From positions 24,180,001 to 24,244,000 of the forward strand of contig OX597823.1 of assembly GCA_951406725.2 (NCBI GenBank): a DNA stretch of 64,000 nt, read 5' to 3'. Source of the DNA: Octopus vulgaris. Lineage: Eukaryota. Positions 1-13,083 of the stretch are shown in pieces. The position numbers and the translations under genes were made by a program. The notes under the pieces were generated by a model. The model did no database searches and was not told the origin of the DNA. It was given only the letters and a program-made list of their open reading frames with translations. Every line of letters starts with the position of its first letter. Position 1 is the stretch's first letter.

Positions 1-823
1 TTTTAACACTGTTGTCAAGATCAAGAGTGAATCACAGAAGATCTTCTACCTGCTTACAGAAAATGACTTCCAGGTGAGATTCCAAGAGTGAGAGGAATGC
101 TGGGACTGAGGTATTACTGCACAAGGTGACTATTTATAAGTAGATGATGTTAAAACTTAGGTAAATTATTTATTTTTTATTAAACATAACTAATCTGGGA
201 ACCTTTTGATACCACCTCATATTCCATTATTTGACTGTTAGTTTGAGTTATTGACCCCCCACAAGATTAACAGGAAAAGTTTTCATTAGTTAGACTTGTG
301 AAGCATTTCTTCCAAAGCTGTAACTAGTATACATTTATTCATTTAAAGCAAAGATGAGAATGATCAGGCAATTTTTTGACTGTTGAGGGATCTCTATTTA
401 GGACATTTGAAGAACTCCATCATTGCTCTGTATTCCAAGGACAAGAGTCCTATCAAATTATTGTTCTTTGATGTACAGGTTTATGCACCCTGGGACCCAA
501 CAACTTTCACTATTTTTGCCCCTCTCACACCATTTAGAACATTTTCCTTGTGGAGAGTATCTTCCTCTCCATCCTCATCTTTATAAATGAAACTTTAAAA
601 ATGTCTTGTGCTATTTGCTCTGGCTCTTTAATATCTGATTTCAAATCTTGCTAATATTAACATTGCTCTTCCTGAGCCAACAAAGTGGAAAACCAATCAA
701 GTGTAGAGACCAATTTAATTGACCAATTCAGACCTCAAATTTTTGTTCTTTTGTCTCTGTTAGAAATTATTTCTTTTATTGTTGCCGTTGTTTTCATTGG
801 TGTAAATTTTATTTTAATTCCAG

Positions 824-1063
824 TTGCTGAGAACCATTTTGTGAAAATAGTAAGTGCAGCTCTAGATATATCTGGGAAAATATTGTGGAAAAAGGAAAGA
901 GTAACAGCAGAAGCCTGTGCAGAAAAATGTGTGTCTGATGAAACTTGTATATCATTTGAAATAATGAAAAAAACTGAGCAATGTTACTTATCAAAGGAAA
1001 GTGCAGCTACCTCTAAGGAAATAAAAGCAGACAATAGCAGAAACTACTATCAACAAGTAAAAC
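824..1063 (+). CDS. Exon A1, PAN/Apple domain type A
   Basis: ttccag|TT...AAAC|gtaatt, 240 nt; [34 protein letters not shown]...YYQ (C-x3-C-x5-C-x11-C PAN core). Confidence 0.9.
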
Positions 1064-4000
1064 GTAATTATTTTTTGTTCTTTATTATTGGAATTTTCTT
1101 TTCTTTTTTTTTTCTTGGAATTTGTTATTCCATTTGTAATCCATAGTATGTAGACAACCATTTCTGTAAAGACATTGACAGGTTTACCTATAATGAAAGG
1201 CATAGAGACATTCTAAAAAAAAAAACAGTATTAAGAATTATAAATACTGAGCAGCAACAGGAGTAACAGTAGTAGCATCAGTAGTGGTGGTGGTAGAAGA
1301 AGAAGATGAAGAAATGATGCCAAATTTTGACACATACATAGCAGTTCTAAGGGGAGTGGTAATTCATACCACTTACCACAATTCATGATTAGTATTATAT
1401 AGTATCTGCACCAGAAGGATGAAAGACAGTTTTTTTTCCTGACGGAGTTTGAACTTGGAGTGTAATAAGACAGAAGACATAAGCAAGGTAGCATGTCTTT
1501 TGCACAGTATTTCACCTTTGTTGCATTCCTCTATAATATGACATGTAAAATAACAGAATAAAGTAATGCTAATTTATTTAGTCATGTATCTCCTATATTT
1601 TGGTATGGTTATTATGGATGGATGCCTTTCCTGTAACCAGCCATTATACCCACATAAAAAGAGTTCCTTTTTCCATGCTACTAGAATTCGAGAAAATAGG
1701 AATATTTCCATAGTATCAAATAGAAAACAGCCAGCAAATTCACTGGAATTGATCACAAGGGTTTTGTCTTTGCTACCAAGACCCTTTCTTCTTGATATGC
1801 TGTGCTCAGGGCAAACATTAGATTTAGTGACTTCAATGGTTGAATACTCATGAATGCCTGCATGCCATTTCTATCATGATGAATCTTTCTTGTCAAAAAT
1901 AAATGAGAGTCATTTCTTTGTATATCTATGAGACAACTCTAATGGGCCAAAATTGCCAACCTCACTACAATTTGTATTCAGTGTACAATCAAGAATTTCA
2001 GACACATTCATGGCTCAGGTTTATACAAAGATAATTGCCTATTTCAAGTAATATGAACAACCCCTTATCCAAAATTTCAGGCCTAGTGGCTATTGTAGAA
2101 ACTATCACCACCACCACCACCACCATCATCATCATAATTATTATTATTCAACATTGGATAGTTTCAGGCAAATTTCCACTGCATTATTTGCTACACCTCA
2201 GTGTTGCTGAGGTGTGTGCTGCATTGTGTGGTCTTGTTTTCTTTCTGCTGTTGGAGAAGAACAAACTCTTCCAAGTATTGTATTGCATCTATTTGTTTTG
2301 TCATGTGGTTTGGCTTTAGTCTTTTGTTGTATTAGTGTTTGTATTGTGTGTTGTGTGTATAATGTGAGTTGTGTCCTTCTCTTGGGTATCCGACTTATAG
2401 AGTACATGTTGCAGTGGTTGTTTATTTTATTGGATATTTACTGTGTAGAATGAATCTTGTGTTTCTGGATTGTTTATTCAGGTCGTACTATTGAATTGAT
2501 AATGTTTTACATAAGATGTGGGCTTCTCCCAGCAGAGATATTTTTTGGAGTGTGTAGTGTTGAGGGTCTGGTATAGCTTCTATATTTTTGTTCATACACA
2601 TTTTCGTCATATCCTATGCACCACTTATTACTGGTATTGTTTTCACCTTTATGCCCCACATCTTGAGTGTTTCAAGATCTTTGTACTTTGACAATATCTC
2701 CACTTCTTTTTGGTCAGAAGGGACTGCAGTGTTTATCAGTAAGCTGGTGTTTGTTTTCTTTTCCAATCATTAATTATTATATCTGGCTGGTTATCTTTGA
2801 TTTCTTTGTCAGTTTGAACAGGCATATCCTAGATGATTGTGGCCAGGTCACTGTCATGTACATTGTTTGACACATGTTTATACCATTTTTCGTGTAGTGT
2901 TGGCATATTGACCAATGGATATAATTACTTACTCTGTCATGTCTGTATATCTGTTCAAATTTGGCAAGGACTGGACAGCTAGAGATGATGTGGTCAATTG
3001 TCTCATTGTTCAGGTTGCACTGTCTGTATTTGATGTTCAGGCCTGTTTTCACTATTTTGTTTTTATAGTTTTTTTGTGGTCAGAGATTGGTTTTGTACAG
3101 CAACAATCAGTCCTTCCATTTCTGTTTTTAATCCAAAGTCTTGTTTGTTGGCTTTTACCTAGGCTCACTTCTCTGTCAAACCTTGCAAGGTATTGGCCAT
3201 AGAGTGATTTTTCCCTCCATTTCTTCTTTACTGTGTTTTGTAGTTTTGTTTTTATGCTGTTTTTTGTCTCTTTGACCATTTCTGTTGTGTTGTCTTCTGA
3301 GATCAGAGTATCAGTGTAGTTTGTTTCTGTTTCATATTTTGTCACTTCCTTGTGTATAAAGAAGTGTTTCTTTCTTTTTTTTTGTATGTGTTGCTTTATT
3401 ACATAGAAGTAGTCTTCCACTTTCTGTTTCTAAGTATTTTTCTAGTCCAACTGTTGTTATTTTATAGTAGTTCTCCTTCTGTGTCAGGCCATGACCTTCT
3501 TTCTGAGCAGGGTAGATATATTCTGTCTCGGTTTTGGGGCAGTAAATTTGGTATTATGTTAATAGTTTCCTGTTCTTCTTTGCATCTAAGTTTCTCATTT
3601 CATTAATCTTCCAGTTTATTATGTTGAAGCTATAATCTATGACAAGAATAGGTAGTGTGTTTATCCCTGTTATCTTATTTTTTAGCAAAGTTCAGTATTT
3701 GATATTAGTCTAACTCTTCAGTAATTTTCTCTCCTAATTTTCTCTTTCAATTTTGTGTGTTGTATTTTCGCTATTTTGTCTATTTCTAGATATTTGTATG
3801 GGCAATTGTGATCTAATTCTCTGATTTTTGTGTCTATTTTGAGTGCAGTGTTTTCAGTGCTGATTAATTTGCCTCTTCTTTATGTCACTTTAACACGTCC
3901 AATTCCATGTTCACCCTTATGTTCTTGCTGAAACTGTGGACAATTTTTAGAAGATTTTTCTGTTCCATGGTATTCTTAGTGAAACCTTTTAAGCCATCAA

Positions 4001-5216
4001 TATATAGGAGATGATTTATTATTTGTCCATAGCATCTATAACCCTTGGTGGTTTCATTTAACAAGTTTCTTAGTAGGTTTCGAGCAAGGCAGAAAAACAA
4101 CAGGGACAACAAATCTCCTTGGAAAATTCATTTTCTTATGGGTATAGGGCAGGATTTAATGACATGTGATTCATTTTCCAGTGTTATGCTGGTTTTCCAG
4201 TTTGCCATTGCATAGCTGATACATTTTAGTAGTATTGGATCTAATTTATTTGTGTGGAGAGACTCAAGAATCTGTGAGTGTGAAACACTGTTGAATGCCC
4301 TCTGGTAATCACCCAAGTCATGTTTAGGTTTATTTTTCTCTTTTTACATTCCCCTGTAATAGTTTGATTCACTAGAAGCCACTCTTTACAACCATACATC
4401 CCTTTCCAGCATCCTTTTGCTCTTCTGGTAAAACGTTATTTTCCTGGTGTGTTACAAGCTAGTTTTAGATCATTCATGTGGGGGATTTACAGGTTGTTGG
4501 TAGGCATGTTATTTTCCTTTGAATTTTTGGTTTATAGTATTTTTGTTTTTTGGTATTAGAGTACTTTGTCCTTCCAGCATCCAGTTTGGTGTTGATTTTG
4601 GCTTGCTTATTATCAAATTAAATGTTACTGTTACCATCATTTTTATTGTCTTCTTCCAAACCATCTGTATGTTTCTCATCGAGCAAGCTATCACTGTTCC
4701 ATTCCTGTGGTTTATTAGAGATTTCACCTCTGTTTTCTGCTATGAGATTGCTTTTATCAGTAGGAATTGTATTTTCGTCATTTCTGCTGCTGTTTTCCAA
4801 TACCCATCTTTTGATAGCTTCGAGCTCTACTTCTGTGAACTAACGATTTTTTCTTATTGCTCTAGCTTGATCACATAATCTCTGTTCCATGAGTTGAAAC
4901 AATCCTCTTGATCATACCCTAACATGAACATCATTTTCCTCTACAGTGTTGCTCAGGTAGTAACACTCCATGACCACAGCCCTGACTCATTTGTTCCATC
5001 TACACCATGTGTGCTGGTCCCTTACTGGATAATGACAGGCTGGAGTCAGACCAGTATCTCTTTGCCTACCGGGTGCAATACTGTCACCATCAAGGGCTTC
5101 AGTTTCATTACCACTGTTATTCACAATATTTTATTTTTTTCATTGTCACACATATGAGGTAGCAATTATCAGGTTGCTCTATTACCCATGTTTTTGTTGT
5201 GACACCATCACTAGAT

Positions 5217-5278
<62 letters not shown>

Positions 5279-8200
5279 TCCATTTATTATTAAAAGGTAT
5301 TATTAAATGTTGTTTAGTTTCAACTTTTGTCTTGTATTTGAGATAATCATAAATATGTGAGGGTTTAAGGGAATGGCAGGAGCAAGAGAAACAGCTTAGT
5401 GAATTCTGCAGGTCAGTAAATAGATTTGGCAGATGGTGAAGAGATCAGCAATAGGCATTCCTGTGCCATAAGGAAACAAAGAGGCCTTACACCCTTGGGG
5501 TCAGCAGAGGTCAAATGTGTTTACTACTACTAGCAATAAAGGAGAGCACTGATCTTGGCCTTGGAAAGAACCAATTCTCCTTGTTCTATTTACTGATGGA
5601 AAAAATAATTATAATTATATATATATATATACTAAATTTCTGAATTATTTTCATTCAAAATTTATCTTTTCTGTTTGGCTGTGGTTTACAGTTTTTGTAA
5701 TTGTGCAGTTTGTATATATTGGCAGGTGCTTACCTCTTTAATTTTTTTTTTCATCATGCATTTAATTGTGTTGTTGCAATAAAAGGCATGTTTACATATT
5801 TGGGTAGTCAAGGAGAAAAGAAAGATGAAATTTTCACACAAAATTGTAGATATTAAAACTTTTAGATTTTCTCGAGATGTTCGTTTGTATGTCTGATCAG
5901 GGAAGACTGTAGTGTTTTTGCAATAAAAAGGTTGTTCCAATTTTTGAATACTCAAGGAGAAAGGAAAGAAAAGGAGGGTAAAATTTTCACAGAAAATTGT
6001 AGATAATAAAGCTTAAAGATTGTTGTTGTTGTTGTTGTCGTTGTTGCTGTTGTTGTTGTTTTGGTTTCGTCCAGGTTTAGTCATATTCCTGATACAAATT
6101 ATGTGGATAGCTAGTTACTACTACCTGTAAATTAAGTGTCCACAAGTTTTCAGCAGTCTTTGAAGTGCTTAGAACTTTACTGATAATCTTTGCTGTCCTT
6201 AACAGACAAATTTTCTGTAGGAGCTCTATCAGGCATTCTATTTCAATCTCATTCAGCCATTTATATCTTTACTTACTGTTCCCAATGCACCAATTATTAG
6301 GGACACAACCTTTATTGTTCGCATGCCCCAATTTCTTTCTATTTCAAGTTTTAAGGGATTGTACTTCTTTTGTTTTTCTTCCTCTTTCTGTATGATCCTG
6401 GAATCAAATGGGCATGATAGTTCGATAAGTAAGCAACTTCGTTTTTCCTTATTTATAATCGTTATGTCTGGTCTATTATTTTCTAATTTCTTGTCCATTT
6501 GAATAGGAAAAGCCCACAAAATCTTACATTTCTCTGACTCCAGTACTCTTTTAACTCGATGATTGTACCATGTATTTCCAGTTTCAAATCCCTATTTCTG
6601 GTACAGTTTCCAGTGTATAATTTTTACAATTCGGTCGTGCCTCCATTTGTTATATTTTTCCTGTGCCAACTTGAGACATTCTACCACAATGTGTGCCACT
6701 GTCTCATTCCAAGTTCCACAGGCTCTACATTTTTCTGAAACATGCTCTCCATATATATTTTTTCTCAAGTTGGTTGTTTTTATTGTTTGATCTTAGGCTG
6801 TTACAATTAAGCTCTCTGTTTCTTTTTTATTGACCCTTTCTTAACCAAGCCCAGGATTTTGTTTCACATACATCTTCAGTGGCTCTCCAGAATTGGCCAT
6901 GCAGAGGTTTCTCTTTGATCTGTCTGATGTGCTGTCTTTGTATTTTATTCTTATCCTTTTCTTCTATTACACACTTCATCACCTGTTCTTTATGAACTGT
7001 CTTTAGTAGTTTTTCTGTTTCAAATGAGTCTCAAGATTTTCTACACTCACATGAATTCTGACTAAGCTGCCATTTTGTGGATCAATTTTTTGTACTACAT
7101 AGATGCTATATAATATTTAATGTGTATTTTAGTATAAAATGTATTTCTTGTTTCCCTTCTTTCTTTCTAGCTGATGAGGACATTTTTACATTTAAAAATG
7201 CTATCTTAGATGTGCAGGATGTTTTTGAACCACTGAAAAATCTGAGCTTGAAGGAGTGTAAAGGAGCTTGCCTTCAGACTCCAGGATGTAGCTCTTATAA
7301 GTATAATGAAATGGCAAAGACCTGTCATGGAAATAATGCATCTCACTTGACTCATAACGTGAAACTAAACAAAAAGGGTTGGGATACTTACATCATTAAC
7401 CCAGGTCAGTAGGGAGTTTTCATTTTATTTATTGTGCATGCATTTACATGTGTCTTTTTGTGTGTCTTTGCATTTACATACATGTGTGTGTGTGTGTCAA
7501 TATATATATATATGTATATGATGGCCATCTACTCGTGACCAAGGACCTTTAGGAACATTGTACGCTCTAGGACTAACTTATATTTTGCATTTGTGGCTCC
7601 ATTGGTGGCTAATGAGCCATGCTCTTGACAAGCATACATGACTGCAAACATTGCAAACCAAGCTTTCTCCATTCACTACACTAGCAGTGCACTTTCAAGC
7701 AGCATGCTTAAACTTTTCATGCAGAATACATGCTCTCTCAAAGGTATCAACTCCTTCCTTAACCTGCATCCTCCATCTGTGGTGATGACAGGCATTGCTC
7801 TCCCAGTCAGTCTCCTGTATATCACAGGCCTTTAATGAGGACTTAGCACAGTCCTTAAATTGCAGCCTTCATTTCTGGCAGGGTTTCTTTCCACTAACAT
7901 GTTCCTCACATAACAAGTGTTTAGAGATCCTGCTCTCCTTCATTCTAATAATGTGTCTAGTCCAACATAACTGGTGCTTGTGCACCATTGTCTCAATACT
8001 CAAGATATAAGCTGTCCTCAGAACATGTGTGTCTGGAATTTTTAAGGTTCAGCCAACATTCAGAAAGTGTTTCAGATATCTCTGATGAAAGCATTCAAGG
8101 ACCCTTACATGACATTTATAAGGAAGAAAAGAGCTCATCGGTTCTGTATCAACACGCCAAGCAGGAACACAGGGGCTCAATCAACAACATAGAAGTTAAA

Positions 8201-8561
8201 ATCTTGTCCACACATAGAACAGATGCAACAATCAGACAAATTACGGAAGCTACACACATAATAGAAGATAAACTTAGCCTGAATAGGAAACTGGAATGGA
8301 ACACTAGCACACACCACATCATATGACAGAAGAGGATCCCCATAAACTGGTTACAATATAAACAAAACAGAAAGCATAATAAAATAAAATACACAGATGA
8401 ATAAACAAATGGAAGTAAATAACTATATACATTTTTTTATTATATTTAAAAAAAATTTTATCTTTATTTTTGTTTTTATTATTATTATTACTATCATTAT
8501 TGTTATACATACATACATAATAATAATAATAATGATGATAACGATAATAATAATGACAATG

Positions 8562-8610
<49 letters not shown>

Positions 8611-11027
8611 TAATAATAATAATAAGTAGGTGTAAACACATGAATAAAATAAAAATAAACAAAAACAAATTACACGAACGTATATAAACAGGAGATACAA
8701 ATATTACAGGCACTTCCCCCCCCCACACACACTAACTAAACATAGACACACATAGAGATATACGCATGTGCAAATGAAGACACATACAATAGAAATACAA
8801 AATGGCTGACGGTTAATAAAGAGAGACACACAAATAAGAAAGAAGAAAGCAAAGGACCACTGATGCGGTCACAGGAGTGTGACGAAAGAACTCTGGCCAA
8901 AATAAGATTAAGATTAATGTAAAAAATAAATAACGCTGAAGCAAAGTAACACCAAATATATAGTGCGTGTGTTTTTATTGGCTAAACTACCAAAATGACC
9001 ATTCCTAAATACAACAATATTTTTATATATATATCTATATATATAAAACTCAACTTGTGTGTATCTGTGTGTGTGTCTGTGTGTTTAACTTCCCGGCACA
9101 TCTTCTCCTAGCCAACAAATCGTAGAACCACCAAAAATGGGTCACTTAAAGTTTGGGCAAATGAAAATTGAACTGCACTATTTCTGTTTCGAAATTCATC
9201 TCGCAAGTACAAAAATCGATAATGTGTTGTTTAGGCCTTATCCCATGCATTGAATAGTGAACTTTACTCAGTCAGCTGTTTGATGTGAACTGTGTTCACC
9301 ACGTGTGCAAGCATGCGTAAATTGCATGAAAAATAAAAAAATCAAGATATAAAAATGAATCGCCATAAACATTGTAGAAATTCAGCAAAGAAATGAATTT
9401 TCGGGATGTAGCCTGGAGGGTTTTTTCGTATTAATCATTTGGACTTTGTGAACACATACCAATTGTTTTCATAACATTTTTAACGCTTTGAATTAAATGT
9501 GACCATTTTGCATTGAGTCTGCAGTTTGAATCACTTTAACCAAATTTTAGCAGGCCGGACTTTTGATCATCACAATACATCACCAGCGACTCCCTGAAAC
9601 TCTCCTCTGAAATCCCCGTTGAGAAATACTGATCTAAAAGAATAATTCAACAATGCAATTATTTGATCAACAAAAATTTATGAAACGCTTCTACGTACTT
9701 CCTATTGAGGAAATGGAACACATAAGCGCAAAAAAGAAGGCATTAAATGCTTGATTTTAAAACCAAAATAATTTAATTTTGATTGAACTTCATCCAAGTT
9801 TGGCTTAATTCGCATGTGCATAGAACGCACGAGCTGGGCAATACTGCTAGTATATATATATATATATATATATACGAAAAAGAAGCACACTCTAAAGCAT
9901 TGAGCAGTAATGTATTAAAAGTAATTGAGTCTATGTCTGGTCATAGACTCTATGACGACACATATACTCAATTACTTTCAATATATGTATGTATATAGCC
10001 TGCATACATGTATGTACCCACATAAGCTGATAAAAAAAGCAAAACTAATTGACAAATTGTTTAAACATTTCCATTATGGTTACAAGATTTTCATAATACA
10101 CTCAGATTTACATCAACTTCATTGTACTATTGTCATTGTTTTAAAGTTCACTTTTCCATGCTCATATGCATGAGACATTGGATTTTCAGAAGCTGAATGC
10201 CCTTTCTGTCAGTAACCCTCAGCTGTTTTCATGTCAGGTAATATTTTCCCATGACCAGATAGGTTTTCACAGAATATTACTAATGAAGATTTGATATTGT
10301 TAGCTTAAAATTGAGACTGAGAAACCATTATAGGTAGGACTTTAGTCCACACAGGTGGCAGAAACTCTGTCTATGTATATGGGATAGCCTGGTCTAGGAT
10401 AGCATAACTGAATTGTCAGTGCCAATTGTTTGAAGTTCATTACCACACTGCCTGTTGATAAATGCAATGGATTGGTGGAGTAAGTATAGTTTCTCACTGA
10501 GGCAGAACTGGTAATGAAGATTCAAGCTGAGCAGGGAAGGTCACTGAAAAGAGACTCCATTTGTTGTTGGGGAAATTCTTCTGATTGTTAAGTGTCTCCA
10601 GATGAATGCACTAAGGAAGTGTGTACCTTCTGTAGCTCAGTGTGTATAAGGACAATGATCGAGCAATTCAAGTTGTATGAATGGATATGCCATTGGAGTG
10701 TTTAGGAAGGCTCTAATAAAGATTTTCAAAGAATTCAGCATACCTATAACATTCCCCATTGATTTAACAAATGCTGACCTCCTGGACATAATCCTAGACT
10801 TGAAGATGGGCAAACACTACTCTTATGGAAACCTAATGAGGAAACTATGTCTATCTATAGAAACTCCAAGCACTTCTACTTGTAATTAAAAACCTAATCA
10901 CATTTATAAGTAGAAGAATTTCTAAGCTATTAGTGGATAGAAAAACTTTCACAGGGCTGCTAACAGATAGCTAGATAGATAGACAGATGGATGGATGGGC
11001 ATCCATCCTTTCTAGCCATCCAACCAC

Positions 11028-11101
<74 letters not shown>

Positions 11102-11117
11102 ATATATCTATCTATCC

Positions 11118-11180
<63 letters not shown>

Positions 11181-13043
11181 CAGTTAGCTATCTATCAGCA
11201 GCCCTGTGAAGGTATTTCTATCCACTAATAGTTTAGAAATTCTTCTTAAGACTAGGTTTTTAATTACAGTTAGTGGTGCTTGGAGTTTCTTTGGATAAAC
11301 ATAGTTTCCTCATTAGGAACGGACAGACAGACGGATGGATGGACAGACAGGTGCTACGAACACACATACATATATACATGCTGGTATCCATCTATCTATC
11401 TACATACATCTATACATACATACTTACATACATACATACATATATGTATGTATATATGTATTTATATCTGTGTGCATATTACTTCAATTTGATTCAGTCA
11501 AAATCTTCTGTTGTATCATTATCAATTTCTGCTCTTTCTCACCCAGCTCCTAATAAATACTTATAATCAATTCTAGTTTTAACAAAAATTAACTGTGGAA
11601 CTCCAAAAGACGTTGTTGGTGCATCGAAGTTCTACAGTACCACCAAATATAAATCTGAAGTGACCTATATTTGTCCAGGAGATGAAAAACTAAAGTCAAT
11701 ATGTGGGAAGGACAACAAATGGACTTCAGTAGCTCCTATTTGTGATGGTAACGTAAATAACTTCTCTTTTGTTGCCTCTGTCTGGATAATTTTGTTTTAT
11801 TTTTGTGATAAATGTGTTTGTCAGAGTAACTCTGAGTGACTCCATTAAAATTTACAGAATGTTTGTGGCTAGTAGGAAGGAGTGAAGGAGCTATCCTCAG
11901 ACCAGAAACCTTTCCAAGTGCTTGCAACAGAGTGGACTTCATTAATACTACCCAAGGGCCAGATAATGTTATTAAAGTGGGTGAAGGATTAAGTCTTTCA
12001 CTCAGACAACCGGAAGCATTGAAGTGTGTCCTCTCTAGCAGGATGCTGCATAACTTGCATCCACCAAATTTGATACGGCTTCATTGTGAAGCAAGTTCTT
12101 AACCACACAGACAAAACTCCATTCAGTATCTCATTGTTAAGTAAACTTATTACCTTCACAGCTATACCTCAGCTCATCTTGAGAGATTTTCGTTTGTTTT
12201 GTAACCCAACATTTCTCACTCTGTGCAATATAATTTCCTGAGTCCTTCTTTATTAAAACTCTGCAACAAACCTCTGATGCCCTTGCTATCTTCCAATCCA
12301 CCCCTTAATAATAATAGTAATGATGATGATGGTAATAATAATAATAATAATAGTAATAATAATAATGATAGTGGTATGAGCACACACCACAGAGAGAGGC
12401 GGAGTTGAAGACTAGCAAAATCCCTTGGGATTTTCCAATCCAAATAAACCATGTGCTAGAGCATAACAGACCAGATCTAGTAGTGGTCAACAAGGTGCAC
12501 AGCATGTGTTATATAGTTGATGCTGCATACCTCTTTGGCCCATGAATATTCAAGACGGAGGTGAAAAAATAGATATAGACAACCCTCTTAAGTATGAAAT
12601 AGCCTGGCTATTAAAAATGAAGAAGGTGAAGATAGTGCCAATTATTGTTGCATCCTTGGAAACAGTATCAGAAGGCATCAAGAGGAATATTAAGGAAACT
12701 GAAATAGAGTGCCCAGTAGAACTGTTACAAAAGGTTTGCCTCCTTGGCATGGCCAGAATAATCAGGAAAGTATTAGATAGTTAAAAAGAACAGATAGCAT
12801 GGTACCATATGCTGCATGCAGCAAGCCTGCTATGTATGCAAGACTCCAGGAGCTCCAACAAAACTTGTGATAAAAAGAAATAATAATAATAATTATAATA
12901 TTCTTTTATTTTCCTTTCTCTTCTATCACATAATTTGACTTTGTAAATGAACTATCTGGCCTGCCAATGTATACAGTGAGTTTCTTTACCCTAGATGTCA
13001 GGAATGTACTCAGTATGAAATGGAAATAAAATTGAAAGAAGAA

Positions 13044-13083
<40 letters not shown>

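Noticed and set aside
465-560. Acceptor-like TTCTTTGATGTACAG followed by VYAPWDP, conserved at 51586-51630 (VYALWDP)
   Set aside because: Similarity decays with indels and there is no matching donor or conserved frame, so it is best explained as paralogous intron sequence. RNA-seq could overturn this.
685-1146. ORF-track proteins that seem to be single-exon PAN proteins with hydrophobic N- and C-termini (also 17600-17941 and 54833-55240)
   Set aside because: The hydrophobic ends are read-through of T-rich intron flanks; protein homology among copies is confined to the AG...GT exon boundaries.
8319-8728. Poly-Ile/Tyr/Leu ORFs; similar YLSI, HT/CV and poly-Ser/Thr ORFs at 10987-11553, 19386-20019, 34704-35285 and 41244-41447
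   Set aside because: These are translations of microsatellites with no coding signal.
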